Shown piece after piece: positions 39,201 to 50,173 of a stretch of DNA of 64,000 nt. A program made the translations under genes and the position numbers. Under the pieces are notes generated by a model. The model did not search any database. It saw only the letters and a list, made by a program, of their open reading frames with translations, and was not told the DNA's origin. The number at the start of each line of letters is the position of its first letter. The first letter of the stretch is position 1. Source of the stretch: Xylographa opegraphella (lineage: Eukaryota); assembly GCA_022813865.1 (NCBI GenBank), contig JALDZX010000066.1, positions 1-64,000 of the forward strand, given 5' to 3'.

Positions 39201-39867
39201 ATGGCGTGTCAGCACCATCATCGCCACTGATTCCAACATCCAGAATTGCTGATTCGTCTGCAGAACCATTGAACATAACCTCCTTATCCTCTCCACTTTG
39301 CCCTTCAGCAGATTGGTCACCACTTTCGCCACCTTTTGAAATTCCATTTGTCAATCTTGATTGCGAAGTCCTTGAAATCCTCACTATTCCATCAACCTCA
39401 TTCGCACTGAAAACAGGGAATTTGGCCTCGATGTCCAAGTCCTGATGGAACTCTTCCCACCCCCGCTCTTCTCTGGGCTTGAATCCATCGCCTTGCACAA
39501 CGGCTGCCGCAGCAGCCGCTGCCGAACTATACCTCGGCCTCGTCGCGGGTCTTTCTCGCCGACTCTCACGCCTAGGGCGCTCGTAAACGATAGGCTGGAT
39601 ACCGTTCGCTGCGTTCTGAGGTCCGATGCGACCTCGTGGCCCCACGTAATTGTATCCTCCTGGGCCAGTGCCCCCAACTGGTATTTCAGTTCCGTCAGAG
39701 TCCACGTATCTGCCGCCTCCCCCTGGACCTCCCGGCACGTATCTCAGTTTCTTTGGAGGCGAGACCGCTGGGACCTCCTCTTCGACCGTGGTGCCGCGCT
39801 TGAGTGGGACGCCGGTACGACCGCGCGTATTAAAGGCTCTTCGTTTCGCTGCTGGTATACCGGGCAT
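36262..39867 (-). CDS. NTO1: NuA3 HAT complex scaffold Nto1 (BRPF1-like; EPL1 and PZP/PHD domains); probable 54-nt in-frame intron at 37331-37384
   Basis: [84 protein letters not shown]. The intron reads GTACGT..CTAAC..CAG. Confidence 0.93.
   Translation of the reverse strand: [1201 protein letters not shown]
36361..36408. repeat. Coding hexamer repeat (CACGTC/GACACC) encoding [14 protein letters not shown] in the Nto1 tail
   Basis: cacgtc cacgtc cacacc gacacc x4 cacatc. Confidence 0.8.
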
Positions 39868-40248
39868 GTTTGTGAGATGAAGGTCAGAACAAGCACGCGA
39901 AGGGACGCATGAAGCACCTCATTTGATCAGTTCATAGGCGATTTGGGAGCTCTCCGAAGTGGTTTGGATTTTCAAAGGGCATCCAAAGGTATCTCTAACC
40001 CAGAGTGACGATGGGCATTACAGGCGCCTCGCTGATGTGTTGTTTCGGTCTGTCAACTATACTAACGGTCCTTTACATCCGACTCTTGCACTCCCCGAGA
40101 GGTCAGTCATTGTCGCACGCGCTAGCGTAATTACGCCAAGCTCACTTATCTGCTAGCTTGCAGCAGGGATCACGCTTCATCCCGCAGAAGCTTAAATATT
40201 GGTCATTGTCTGCACAACTTTCATTGCCAGCCACCGGGCAGTGCAAGC

Positions 40249-40917
40249 ATGAGCGGTATTGGAGATGAGCGGTAAGTGAGCACCGAGCAATCTTGATCAA
40301 TTCTTGCCGGACGGTGTATGAGAGGGTGAGTCCGAGAGCGCGCTGATCCGCAGCAGCTGGCGCAACTCCAGAGGTCAACCACCTACTCAATCGCAAGCCA
40401 ACCAGCGGGCCAAGCAGGGCGCGTCCCGGAAAGGGTCTTACAATAACGCTCCGCAGGACAAGAGTAGCGGGAAGCCAGACACTGTGAGCACGATGGCATC
40501 CGGTAATGCTTGGGGGAACGAACGTAACAAAAGCGAGCCCCAAAATGCTACGGCAGATCAGCAACCGGCGGCCGCTGGTTTCAACGCGAAGGACACGCGA
40601 GAGTTTCTGAAGAGAGGTAAAGCAGCCAGTCTTGGTGCGCGGGCTATGTACAGATATGCTGATCTCATACCAGCTTTCGCGTCCATCTCTTCCGAGGACT
40701 CCAAGGCGCTCCGCTACAAAGCTCCCACAGGGTTTCCGAGCACGAAAGCAGGGGGCCCATGGGCTTCGAAGCGTAAATGACTCTGCTAAAGCTTCTGATG
40801 GGTCTTGCTGATAGCTAACTTGTAATAGCGAATACGATGGGATCTGGAAAAGATTTCTTTCTTGAGCTTCGAAAACAGGTTTCGGCATTGCAACAGACCG
40901 AGCGGGCTGGAGGATAG
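40249..40917 (+). CDS. Small fungal hypothetical protein; exons 40249-40271, 40354-40616, 40674-40772, 40829-40917
   Basis: Three canonical introns give one open frame: MSGIGDER|SWRNSRG..GNAWG..AGFNAKDTREFLKR|A..GGPWASKP|NTMGSGKDFFLELRKQVSALQ..*. The GFN and WxSKPNxM motifs resemble a Pezizomycotina family of unknown function (from memory). Confidence 0.75.
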
Positions 40918-41735
40918 AATGAGATGCTTAAGAAGATCTATGTACATTGTGGGGCATTGGAGGCGTCAGAGCGATCATCTGCTGATACCCCGGATATAGC
41001 ATACATAATTGCTTACAGCGATTTTGAAAGCTGCTGGTGCTTTTCACGAAGGGTTGGAACGTCCACTACAATGCTTGGGATTAGACCCGAAACTCGACCA
41101 AAAAAGAAGTAGAATTTCTTCTAGATATTGTGGTCATTATCTCCATGCAGCCACCCCAAGTCTACCGTCAATTATTCTTCGCAAGTTTGGGTATCGGTAA
41201 TGCGACACAGCGCATATTCTGCTCGTATCTTCTTGTAGGTCCTCGATAATCTTACAGTCGTCTGCGCGCCTAATTTACCCTCCGTATATTCGAAGCCGTC
41301 TTTTGCTTCTCCTCTGTCTTCATTACCAATAGGTATCGTTGACTCCCCGTCCGTCCTTTTCGGCAGCCAATTCCAGGAATGCTGGCAACACGGACGCTGT
41401 TGCTGAGATGACCCTGTAGATGTTATGGAATAGTGAGGCTCATAGAGAGCTACTCCAATTCCATTTCGATGTTTTAATTCACGCACCAATAGGTCTCAAT
41501 GGATGCCAGCCTTAGAAGTTTGTCCGGTCTATTCAGATGTATTATTTTTGTAATGGCTTTTCTCATCAGCGAACGATGATCAAAAAAGTCAAAGGCAAGT
41601 GAAGCATCTGGATATTGGCGTAAGAATTGGAGTCTGACCTGCAAGGAGTTGAAGGTCAAACATAGAGTTCCTGCGTAGGGATACAATGATTGCATATTCT
41701 GCATTTGCGCATGAGGTACAAGCATGGCTCTGGCA

Positions 41736-43963
41736 CTACCTAGAACGATGTGATGGAAACATCTCCACATAAGCTTCGTATGCAGTTGAGCCACTTGAAG
41801 TCGAAGTGGAAGGAGACACAAGCCCTGAGGCGGACGCGGATGGATTAGTCGACACGGGAGCTGGCAATGAACCAAGATGTAGGGGTGCTGATTCTGACGA
41901 CAGTGACTCTTGAGAAGGTGATAGACTCTGCATTGGCCGCATGGCTGCCATCTGCGCAGTTACTTCAGCTGTCGATGGTCTTCTCGGTAGATTTTTAAGG
42001 AGGCTGGATGACGAGTCCAAAGACTCCACAGCAAAAGACAGGAAATTGACTGTCTTGCTGCTGACGCTCAGGGTCCATCGGTATTCGTTCAACCTGTTAT
42101 GATAAAAATCTACCTCCTCTTGACATGGCGCAGTCGCAAGAAGTAAACAGCCAAAAGTCCCAATCAAGGCGAAATTCACTTTCGAGGGAAAGTACCAGAA
42201 GGCATTCAAATGCTCAGATCGCAAACGGTTTACAAAGTCCATCGCAGAGATCAGGCGTGTCTTAGCTGCAGAGCGGCAAATATGTCCGAGATACTGGTCT
42301 CCGTTGTTTGTTTCGAGAGATCGTATTATGCACCGATGGAGCGTTATTTCCGTAGCAAAATAGGCCAAATGTAGATATCCTGGTTTGCATTAGAATGCGC
42401 GAATCCGCTGGAGGAGATACAAATTACCTGTCGAGGATGGCTTGCCCGTCATTGTGCTGTCCATCTTTAGATTCCCAGGTAATCCGGCAAACCATTCCTT
42501 CAGCTTTATCTGCACAGGCTTCGCTCTTTCCAGGATCAGCCGTGTTCCGCCTTGTACGGCATCTTCGACTTCTTGCATCGCTTTCAGGGTATAGAAAGTA
42601 TCGAGAACAATCGAGAGTATTTCTGTAAGGCTAACCATCTCTTTAAATAACGCTTGACCTCTGATGACATCTTCGCTCGAGGATACAGCCTCGTAGAACC
42701 CTTTGGACGATTCAAAATCCTCGTTGACAAGAGCTCTGACGGCCCAATTACTCTTGTAGATGACAGAGGGTCGACCGTGGATCAGAGCACACCATTTATC
42801 CTGCATGTACAGAGCCCAAGCCAATCTCTTTCTTAATCCTTTTTCTGTGCGACCCGATGTCCAAGAGGTACAATCGAGGTGAAGACCAAGTTCGTAAGCT
42901 GCTCCGACCAGCTGGCTATTTAAGGTCTTTGAATCATTATTTGGCCTTTGCAGTAGTAAGATTCCAGCTTGAATCGTTGACAAGGTCGGTTTGTACAGTG
43001 ACTCTCCGAACAACCTGAAAGCCAAATCCTCCAACTGGTAGATATCCGGTAATTGTGATATTGATCTCGAGTTGTCACCAAGAAGCCACGGCATTGTAAG
43101 CAAGTATATCGAAGCAAGCAAGGCAGGATCCAGGTTCATTGTTCTGCCAAAATTATACTCTATGAAGAACTCTTCTTCAACGACGGGAAAGTTGCGATGA
43201 ATAACGTTGAGATATGATTGGATAAGAAGCGGGCCATAACTGCCAACAAGTCTTTCTAAAGCTCCCAGGGCGTTTACATTTGCGGCTTTGGTACCCTCCA
43301 TTCCGTTCTGGTCGACCAGGAATGCAGTACGATTGTCGGACTTCTGGTATCTTTCACCCGGTAACGCATTACCATTCATAGAGGATAAGTCCAGGAGAAT
43401 TGGTTCGAGCTCCGTCGTAGGTCCGATATGGGTAGTATGGTATTGTGAGGGTCTTTCGAACGGCTCTTGCTTCAGTTGTCGCGACATATTTTGAGAAGCA
43501 TACAAGATGTTGGATTCGCTATTTGTTCGTAAACCGAGAGCTGGGGTTGTAATGTCTTGGTCCAACGATATGGTCGATCTGAGCACAGGTACAGGTCAAC
43601 ACCACAAAGCATTCATGATATTTGAGATAGAGCGCCAGACCTTCTCTTCGGTACATCAGTTTCCTTCCCATCACTATCGAGTCTCCTCTTTCTAGGTTGA
43701 GGATCTTCAACATAGGTACATTCTTGCGCATGAACCGCACATGCTGCACAGCTCTTTTGTCCTTCCGTGATGACACATTTGCTCTTTCGTTTCCGACAGG
43801 CATCGCATGGTCGCTCTCGCCGACCTCGAGAAGAAGTGCCCTTACTGGCGCTTGATAGTTTCTGCTTCGGTGTGCTTGAAGAGTCTGCTGGCTCTGCAGC
43901 GGCAGCCATGCTTGCGGGCGGTGCCATGACAGGAAGACCAGTAGCAATGGCAGAACTTGCCAT
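41736..43963 (-). CDS. Zn(II)2Cys6 transcription factor, Dal81/TamA-like; exons 43963-43641, 43578-42428, 42379-41736
   Basis: RPCDACRKRKSKC..SCAACAVHAQECTY..PQPRKRR, fungal TF domain LGLHLDC..RKRLAWALYMQDKWCALIHGRP, and G|YLHLAYFATEITLHR. Introns 43579-43640 and 42380-42427. Confidence 0.9.
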
Positions 43964-46900
43964 GCTAATACTTGTAGATACTGCTACCAGGTGTGCTTCC
44001 AGCACAGAAAGTCCACATAAATTCACTGGTCAAGCCGTAGGTGAGTTGCTTGAGATTTAAATCAGAGGCCGCGTTTGGCAGGAAGCACATTGAATCCGGG
44101 ATCACCGTGATTCTAGCTTCTTCACCAATTCTTTGTTGCTGATGCGCAGGGTCGGGGCTCATGTGCTGCCCGCTCAAACGGTATCATAGGTTGTAGATGA
44201 CGGATTCGATTTACTATGGAACCGTCAGATCTGACAGCCCTCTCTACCTGGACGATCTCGGTAAAGCCTGGAGCAGAATGAGATATCTGGTCGTTCTGGC
44301 CGTCATTGTCTCTGTGGACGTCTTTTGGACGAGAACAATGTTGCAGGTCACTCCGTTTTCAATCTGACACGAAGATACAGCGGTGCAGATTGTCGGTCGG
44401 CAGGCCTCCGGTAATCGACAGCTTGTACGACGGCAGTGGCGTCCATCATTTGCTCGAACGGGCCTTGTTTGGAGGTTTCCGAACGTAATGGCGGATTTGA
44501 TGATCGTGTGCCTGACAATTATCAAAGAATAAAAGGCACATCACGCACAGTAATTGGCTCTCCGCAGGGATGAAGATAACGAGTGTGTTCATGTTATCTA
44601 ATGGTGGGGATGTGCGACAGTCAGCGGAGATTCGGGACCAATCAGACAGACCCGCCAATCTGCTGCGAAGAAGCAAACATCATCTTGTTACATGAGAAAA
44701 GTATCTCACCGGTATTCACTGGACAGTAGGACGCAGAAGCAGGTAGCCAGGAGGACACTGGAATATCATCACAATAATAAAGAGTGTTTCCTGAGCATGA
44801 GCCACGCTTTGCCGACGGGGCACTGCGTTTCTACAATCTACATAAGCGGCTCCCAGGCTGATGTAGTCGTTCATCGAATGTGGACACAATGACTGCTCTC
44901 CTTGTTTTTTTCGCAATAACGAGCATCATCAGACGTATGACTGAACATAGTGACAACTGATGATCGACTTGACTGCACGTGTTTCCTTCATTTTGAGGTT
45001 TTTCTGCGAAGTACTGTATGTTGCGACGGGTACTTGCCAAGGATGTTCTATACAGGACTCCAGTCTGCGGGCATGAACGGAGGTATGACAGCTAGAGCTG
45101 CAAAGCTACAACGCACCTTTAGACACCCGAAATATACATGAAACATTTACGGCGCTGTCTTGAGAAGTTGTTGGTCCAGAGAACTTCTCGAACCGTTCCT
45201 ATGAAAGCAGGAGAACACACACAGCCGAGGAGGTCTTTTCAATATCCTAGGCTTGCATGTGCTAGAAGATCGTCCTTCATGTCCGGAATGGCTCTCTCTA
45301 TCATGGCAGAAGCCAAACGAAGAGTAACAATGAGTCGAGCGGCTGCTTGACGTATATCGCGAACAGCTCCCTCGGGGTGCGCAGGGTTGATGTTTATAAC
45401 AGCTATGGCAAGATGCAATGCTCAAATGATAGCAGCGATCTAAACGGTGAGATTGAGAGCAAACTCAATGAACAAACTAAGGAGCATTCGCAAACGGAAC
45501 CTTTGTATGATACGAGAGTAGCTTCGGGACGAAGGAATATCAGTTTCCAGTTCAACTATGACCTCCTCGACGAATCCCGCAACATGTCTCGCTTGGACAA
45601 GAAAGAGTTGCTATTTGTATTATAGTCAGTGTTGCCAGGTCGGCTAATCGTGCAGGCTGTCAATCCTCCACACCCGACGTAGCGGGAACCTGGACGGAAT
45701 AGATTCTTCGTCGTCGACTTATCACTGTTCGATATATCACGCAGTGATGTCGTCTTCGTGAACTCGGCTCAATCGATAGTGCTAGCGATATTGATACCAA
45801 TCATTATCCTTTGTGTCAGTTACTACGGTGGTATTATCTGAACACGATGTCTCAATTCGAACCGATTGAACCCTTCATGCTCTTTCTTTATTGAAGAACT
45901 TGATGCTCAACGCAAACACTATATACTTTTTCCAGTACTATGAGGTTCTGTGTCATCTGTAACACGAATGACAGGCTAGTCGTTCGTCAAACAATCAACT
46001 CGGGCCTTACCATACTACATTTAATCAGTTACGGAAAAGCTTCATATATGGAAGCGGTAGGCAGCTTGGGACCGCCGGACAAGAAAGCCAAGTCAAGCTG
46101 CAATACTATGGGTCATGAGACCGACTCTCCGACGGGGCACCGTGCTAAGATTCAAGTTTTAGGGAAGCCTTAATGAGAGTTACCTCATGATCAGCAAGCA
46201 AGCCTCTTGTTAAAAGGTCAACAATCCCAATCTGCTGTCTCGGGTATGAGGCTGCAAATACCGAGCTTGCAGGGAGGTGAGGTGACAGGGTCCTTCGATT
46301 AAATATGCAGCCCTATCATGGGGTCAGTTCCACCAGAGTGGCGGTGTCCAGCATGGCCTCACTCGTCAGCACTCTATGTTGCTGGTACGCCACCCGTGCC
46401 CCCTTCCGTGGGGAGTCATCTACTGTATCAGTCTAGATCGCATCGCTCACATCATAACGATGCAGGCGTCGGGCGCGACTGATAGTGGCTGCAATGTAGC
46501 TTGATGGAGGCCATGATCTCGGCTCATCCTCAGCTTGCTTCGAAACAATACTCTGTCCTCCTTGTGACTAAACCCGATGCCGTCCAGACGCAAGACATGT
46601 TGACTATCCTCAAGGTCGAGCGTGGCAAAGAAGGTTCTGGGCAATGTGTATGGTACGATCGATACGATCTATGGAGCAGTGGTAGGGGTGTTTGTACAGA
46701 AGTGCAGCAGTCAAGCCACGGCGATCGTCTGGCCGTACCAATAGCGTCGACTTCGTCAGCTCCAACATTCCAGAATCGGCAGCCCACATCGATGTGGGAT
46801 CAACGATGTGCTCCGCAAAGGTAGGGTTCAAGCACACCGACTGTGCACTCCAGCGGCCGAATTAGCCGATTCCAGCGGAGGCCGGGCGTGTGGAAAGCAA

Positions 46901-47617
46901 GCTGCCCTTGTGCTGGACCACGAGGCGTGGCGTCCAGCGGTGCATGTGTTGGTATCGACTTGGTTCGTTTCTATTGTTTTCTAGAACGTACTCATCTCCG
47001 GATACCTGTGGTCTTTGAGAAGCACTACGGAGTGTACATATTGCCAATTCATGACAGAAGATCATCCTAGAAGCCGAAAGCAACCACAGGTGGCGGTGGG
47101 TACCGAGTTGTTGAAATTGTCAAAGACTGTTGGCAACATCTCTTGGAAGTTGTTTCCAAGATCCGAGGACGAGTTATCTTGGTTCCAAGTACGCCAGTGG
47201 AGCTCAGGCTTCGTCACGGACTGCACCAAGACGATTCAATTAGCGTCCGCACACACAACGGCACTTTCCGCTGCTGGCAGTGATGGTGCCTCATGAACGG
47301 CAATACTCCGCCTACACCAATACACAAGCTTCGGAGCTGGCGGGAGCCGCGGGACGCGCTAATGTATCACGGACGAAAGTGTTGCCTTGGAAACAGAGAT
47401 TGCCAGTCAGGATTCTCAAGCGTGCCCACGAATCACCATCGCGGCTGTTCTTTCAATTTATTACGTGGGTGAGTTCCCCACACATCTGGACGAACGAGAC
47501 AGGCCGAGGCTCATCCGAGATGCCGTTAGACGTTAGCGGCAGCGACTACTGGGTGTGGGGATCTGGCGGCTCCCCGGGAAAGCTTATGAGCTAGTCCTTG
47601 CGTCATCGGCCGCCCAA

Positions 47618-47631
47618 CGGTAGGAGGGCCG
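47618..47631. promoter_or_regulatory. CGG-N8-CCG inverted repeat (ClrB/CLR-2-type site) ~720 bp upstream of the GH5 gene
   Basis: CGGtaggagggCCG. An XlnR-like GGCTAG lies at 47931-47936 and TATAAA at 48240-48245. Confidence 0.4.
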
Positions 47632-48337
47632 TCTTCCCGGCTACAGCTCTCACACCACCCACAGCGGACATCAACAGTCGCATCACTGATCAGTCGACCA
47701 CGAGGTCAGAAAGGTCAGGAAACATTCCCTTCCTTACCACGCCACCCGTAATGTACAAGGGGGTGACGCTCCTGTGGGGTCGCTACCCCGCGTTCTCGAA
47801 CGTGCCCGCGATCCACCTTACTCGCGTTTATACGATGAAGTTCACGACCACCACCTATTCAAGTCATACAGCTGTTGCTGAACTCCCCTTCTGGAAGCCA
47901 GGTAGACTGCTTAGCTTGGTCTATGCCCCTGGCTAGAACTCTGTTTGATGAAAAATTGATGAAGGCCCCGTGCACTAGCCACACAAGGAAAACACCATGT
48001 CTGGATTGCTACCTAATGGTAGCTGCAGATGCCTACGCATGGAATGTATTGTGTTCGGTGCAGTGGTAGGCTCACGAGTATACGGATAATTGATCCATTT
48101 AGGTAAAACTACTCGGTAGTTACTGAATCGGACTGAAGATCTCCAGGATTCTTTGGAGATTGACTACCATGTGGGTGTGGCCCCACAGATGCTGTTCGGA
48201 GATGTCCCAGACGACCGATCATTCTTGTGGCAATTCTACTATAAAGAAGGCACCGATGTCCACCAACTTTCAACATCATTTGCATTCTCTCCAATCTCTT
48301 CTTTCAGCAAAGTCTCCTCTTTCCATCACCCTTCAGG

Positions 48338-49428
48338 ATGCTTAACAAGCTCTCCTCCATTGTGGCCGCGTCCGCTTTTCTCGGCTCTGCCTATGCCAAG
48401 GTCAAGTATGCCGGTGTCAACATTGCTGGTTTCGACTTTGGTTGTGGCACCGATGGAACCTGCAACACCGCCAGTGTGACTCCTCCCCTCTCCTTCTACG
48501 GTGGAGGTGACGGGCAGGGTCAGATGAACCACTTCGTCAGAGATGATGGTTTGAATGTCTTCCGTCTGCCTGTCGGGTGGCAATGGCTCACCAACAATAC
48601 CCTGGGAGGCCCCCTTAACCCCAACAACTTCGGAGAGTACAACACCCTGGTCCAAATTTGCCTGAACACCGGCGCTTCGTGTATTGTTGACATCCACAAC
48701 TATGCACGATGGAACGGTGGCATTATCGGGCAGGGTGGGCCCACAGACAAGCAGTTTGCGAGCGTTTGGTCTCAGTTGGCCAACATCTACCAAGGACAGA
48801 GCAAGGTCATCTTCGGTATCATGAACGAGCCTCATGACTGTAAGAAATCAACACACAAGCTTTACCTTCCGTTTCATTAACAGCCAGCGCAGTGGACATC
48901 GCCCGATGGGGCCAATCAGTGCAAGTCGCGGTCAATGCCATCCGTGACACTGGCGCCAAGAACCTCGTCCTCCTTCCAGGTACCAACTATGCCAGCGCTC
49001 AGAACTTCGTCTCCTCGGGCTCAGCCGCGGCCCTTGCCCCCATCACCAACCCTGATGGCACGAAGACAAACCTTGTCTTTGATGTCCACAAGTACCTCGA
49101 CATTGACGGTTCAGGAACCCACACCAACTGTGTCACCAACAACATCGCCTCCACCTTTGAGCCTCTTGCACAGTACCTTAACAGTGTCGGTCGCATGGCC
49201 TTCCTCACCGAAACCGGTGGAGGACCCAATGACACCTCCTGCATCCTCGACTTGTGCCAGGAACTCCAATACATCGACCAGAACGCCAACGTTTTCCTCG
49301 GCTGGGTCGGCTGGGGGGCTGGTAGCTTCGACACCTCTTACACCATCACCGAGACTCCCTTCGAGAACAATGGCAAGTTCACCGACCAGCCACTTGTAAC
49401 CAAGTGCATCGTTGGAGAGTTCAAGTAG
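48338..49428 (+). CDS. Secreted GH5 (subfamily 5-like, Cel5A/EGII type) endo-beta-1,4-glucanase without CBM1; exons 48338-48839 and 48893-49428
   Basis: Signal peptide, YAGVNIAGFDFGC, FRLPVGWQ, DIHNYARWNG, IMNEPHD (acid/base Glu), FDVHKYLD, LTETGGG (nucleophile), GWGAGSF. Intron 48840-48892. Confidence 0.95.
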
Positions 49429-50173
49429 ATGTCTGGGGTACGTGGGATACGTGGAAATTAGATTAAGAAACGGAAGTTGAGAAACCTGTACATAGCCTAT
49501 GATTCTGTATATATCATTGAATGGACGAGTTGATGTCGAGATATCCACTCTTCACACCGTCGTCGCGTTTTCGGTGTTTTTGTCCGATCAATCAAGAAAT
49601 GACTATAGTAAGTCGGGCGCATAGCAAAGACAAATCATATATTCAGCAGACCAAATTCAGTAGTATCGGTGTCAACTTCTTATAAACAAGTAGGTTGTAC
49701 TACGTTAGTGATAACGTTCAAACCATCTGTTCTTATCCATACACATTTTGGAAGTTGCAGACTACTCAAGTCCTTCAAGCATCGCATTGTGGCACAGTAT
49801 TTACCGATCGCTTGCTTACATTTGTGAAGACTACTTATGTGCCGTTGTGCATATCGATGTTGGTTCCATGACACGCTCGTGTATATTGCTCATGCAGTCA
49901 TGCTCGCACAACAAACATCATATATCACAATTGACTGGTCTCCTACCATCCTCGCTTCGTTCCAGACCACCTGTTCTGTCCGCGAAGAATTGCTCTTGCT
50001 TGGACATTAGTCACGCCACGAAGAGCTTACAAATCCTTCCTCGCGTGACATTCTAGAGCAGAGGCTCAGAAGCACATGTCGTATATACTGTTGTTGCTAA
50101 TTCACTGATCGTTCCAATTGCCAGCTGTCGAAGGCTGCCATCTAACGTTGCCTATATTCAATTGATCTCAAAC

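Noticed and set aside
40142..40888. 248-aa minus-strand ORF
   Set aside because: Antisense to a gene with three well-formed introns; the sequence looks random.
44050..48300. Short ORFs and a minus-strand branch/acceptor near 47221 suggesting a pseudogene
   Set aside because: No frame gave recognisable homology; treated as intergenic or promoter DNA pending tblastx.
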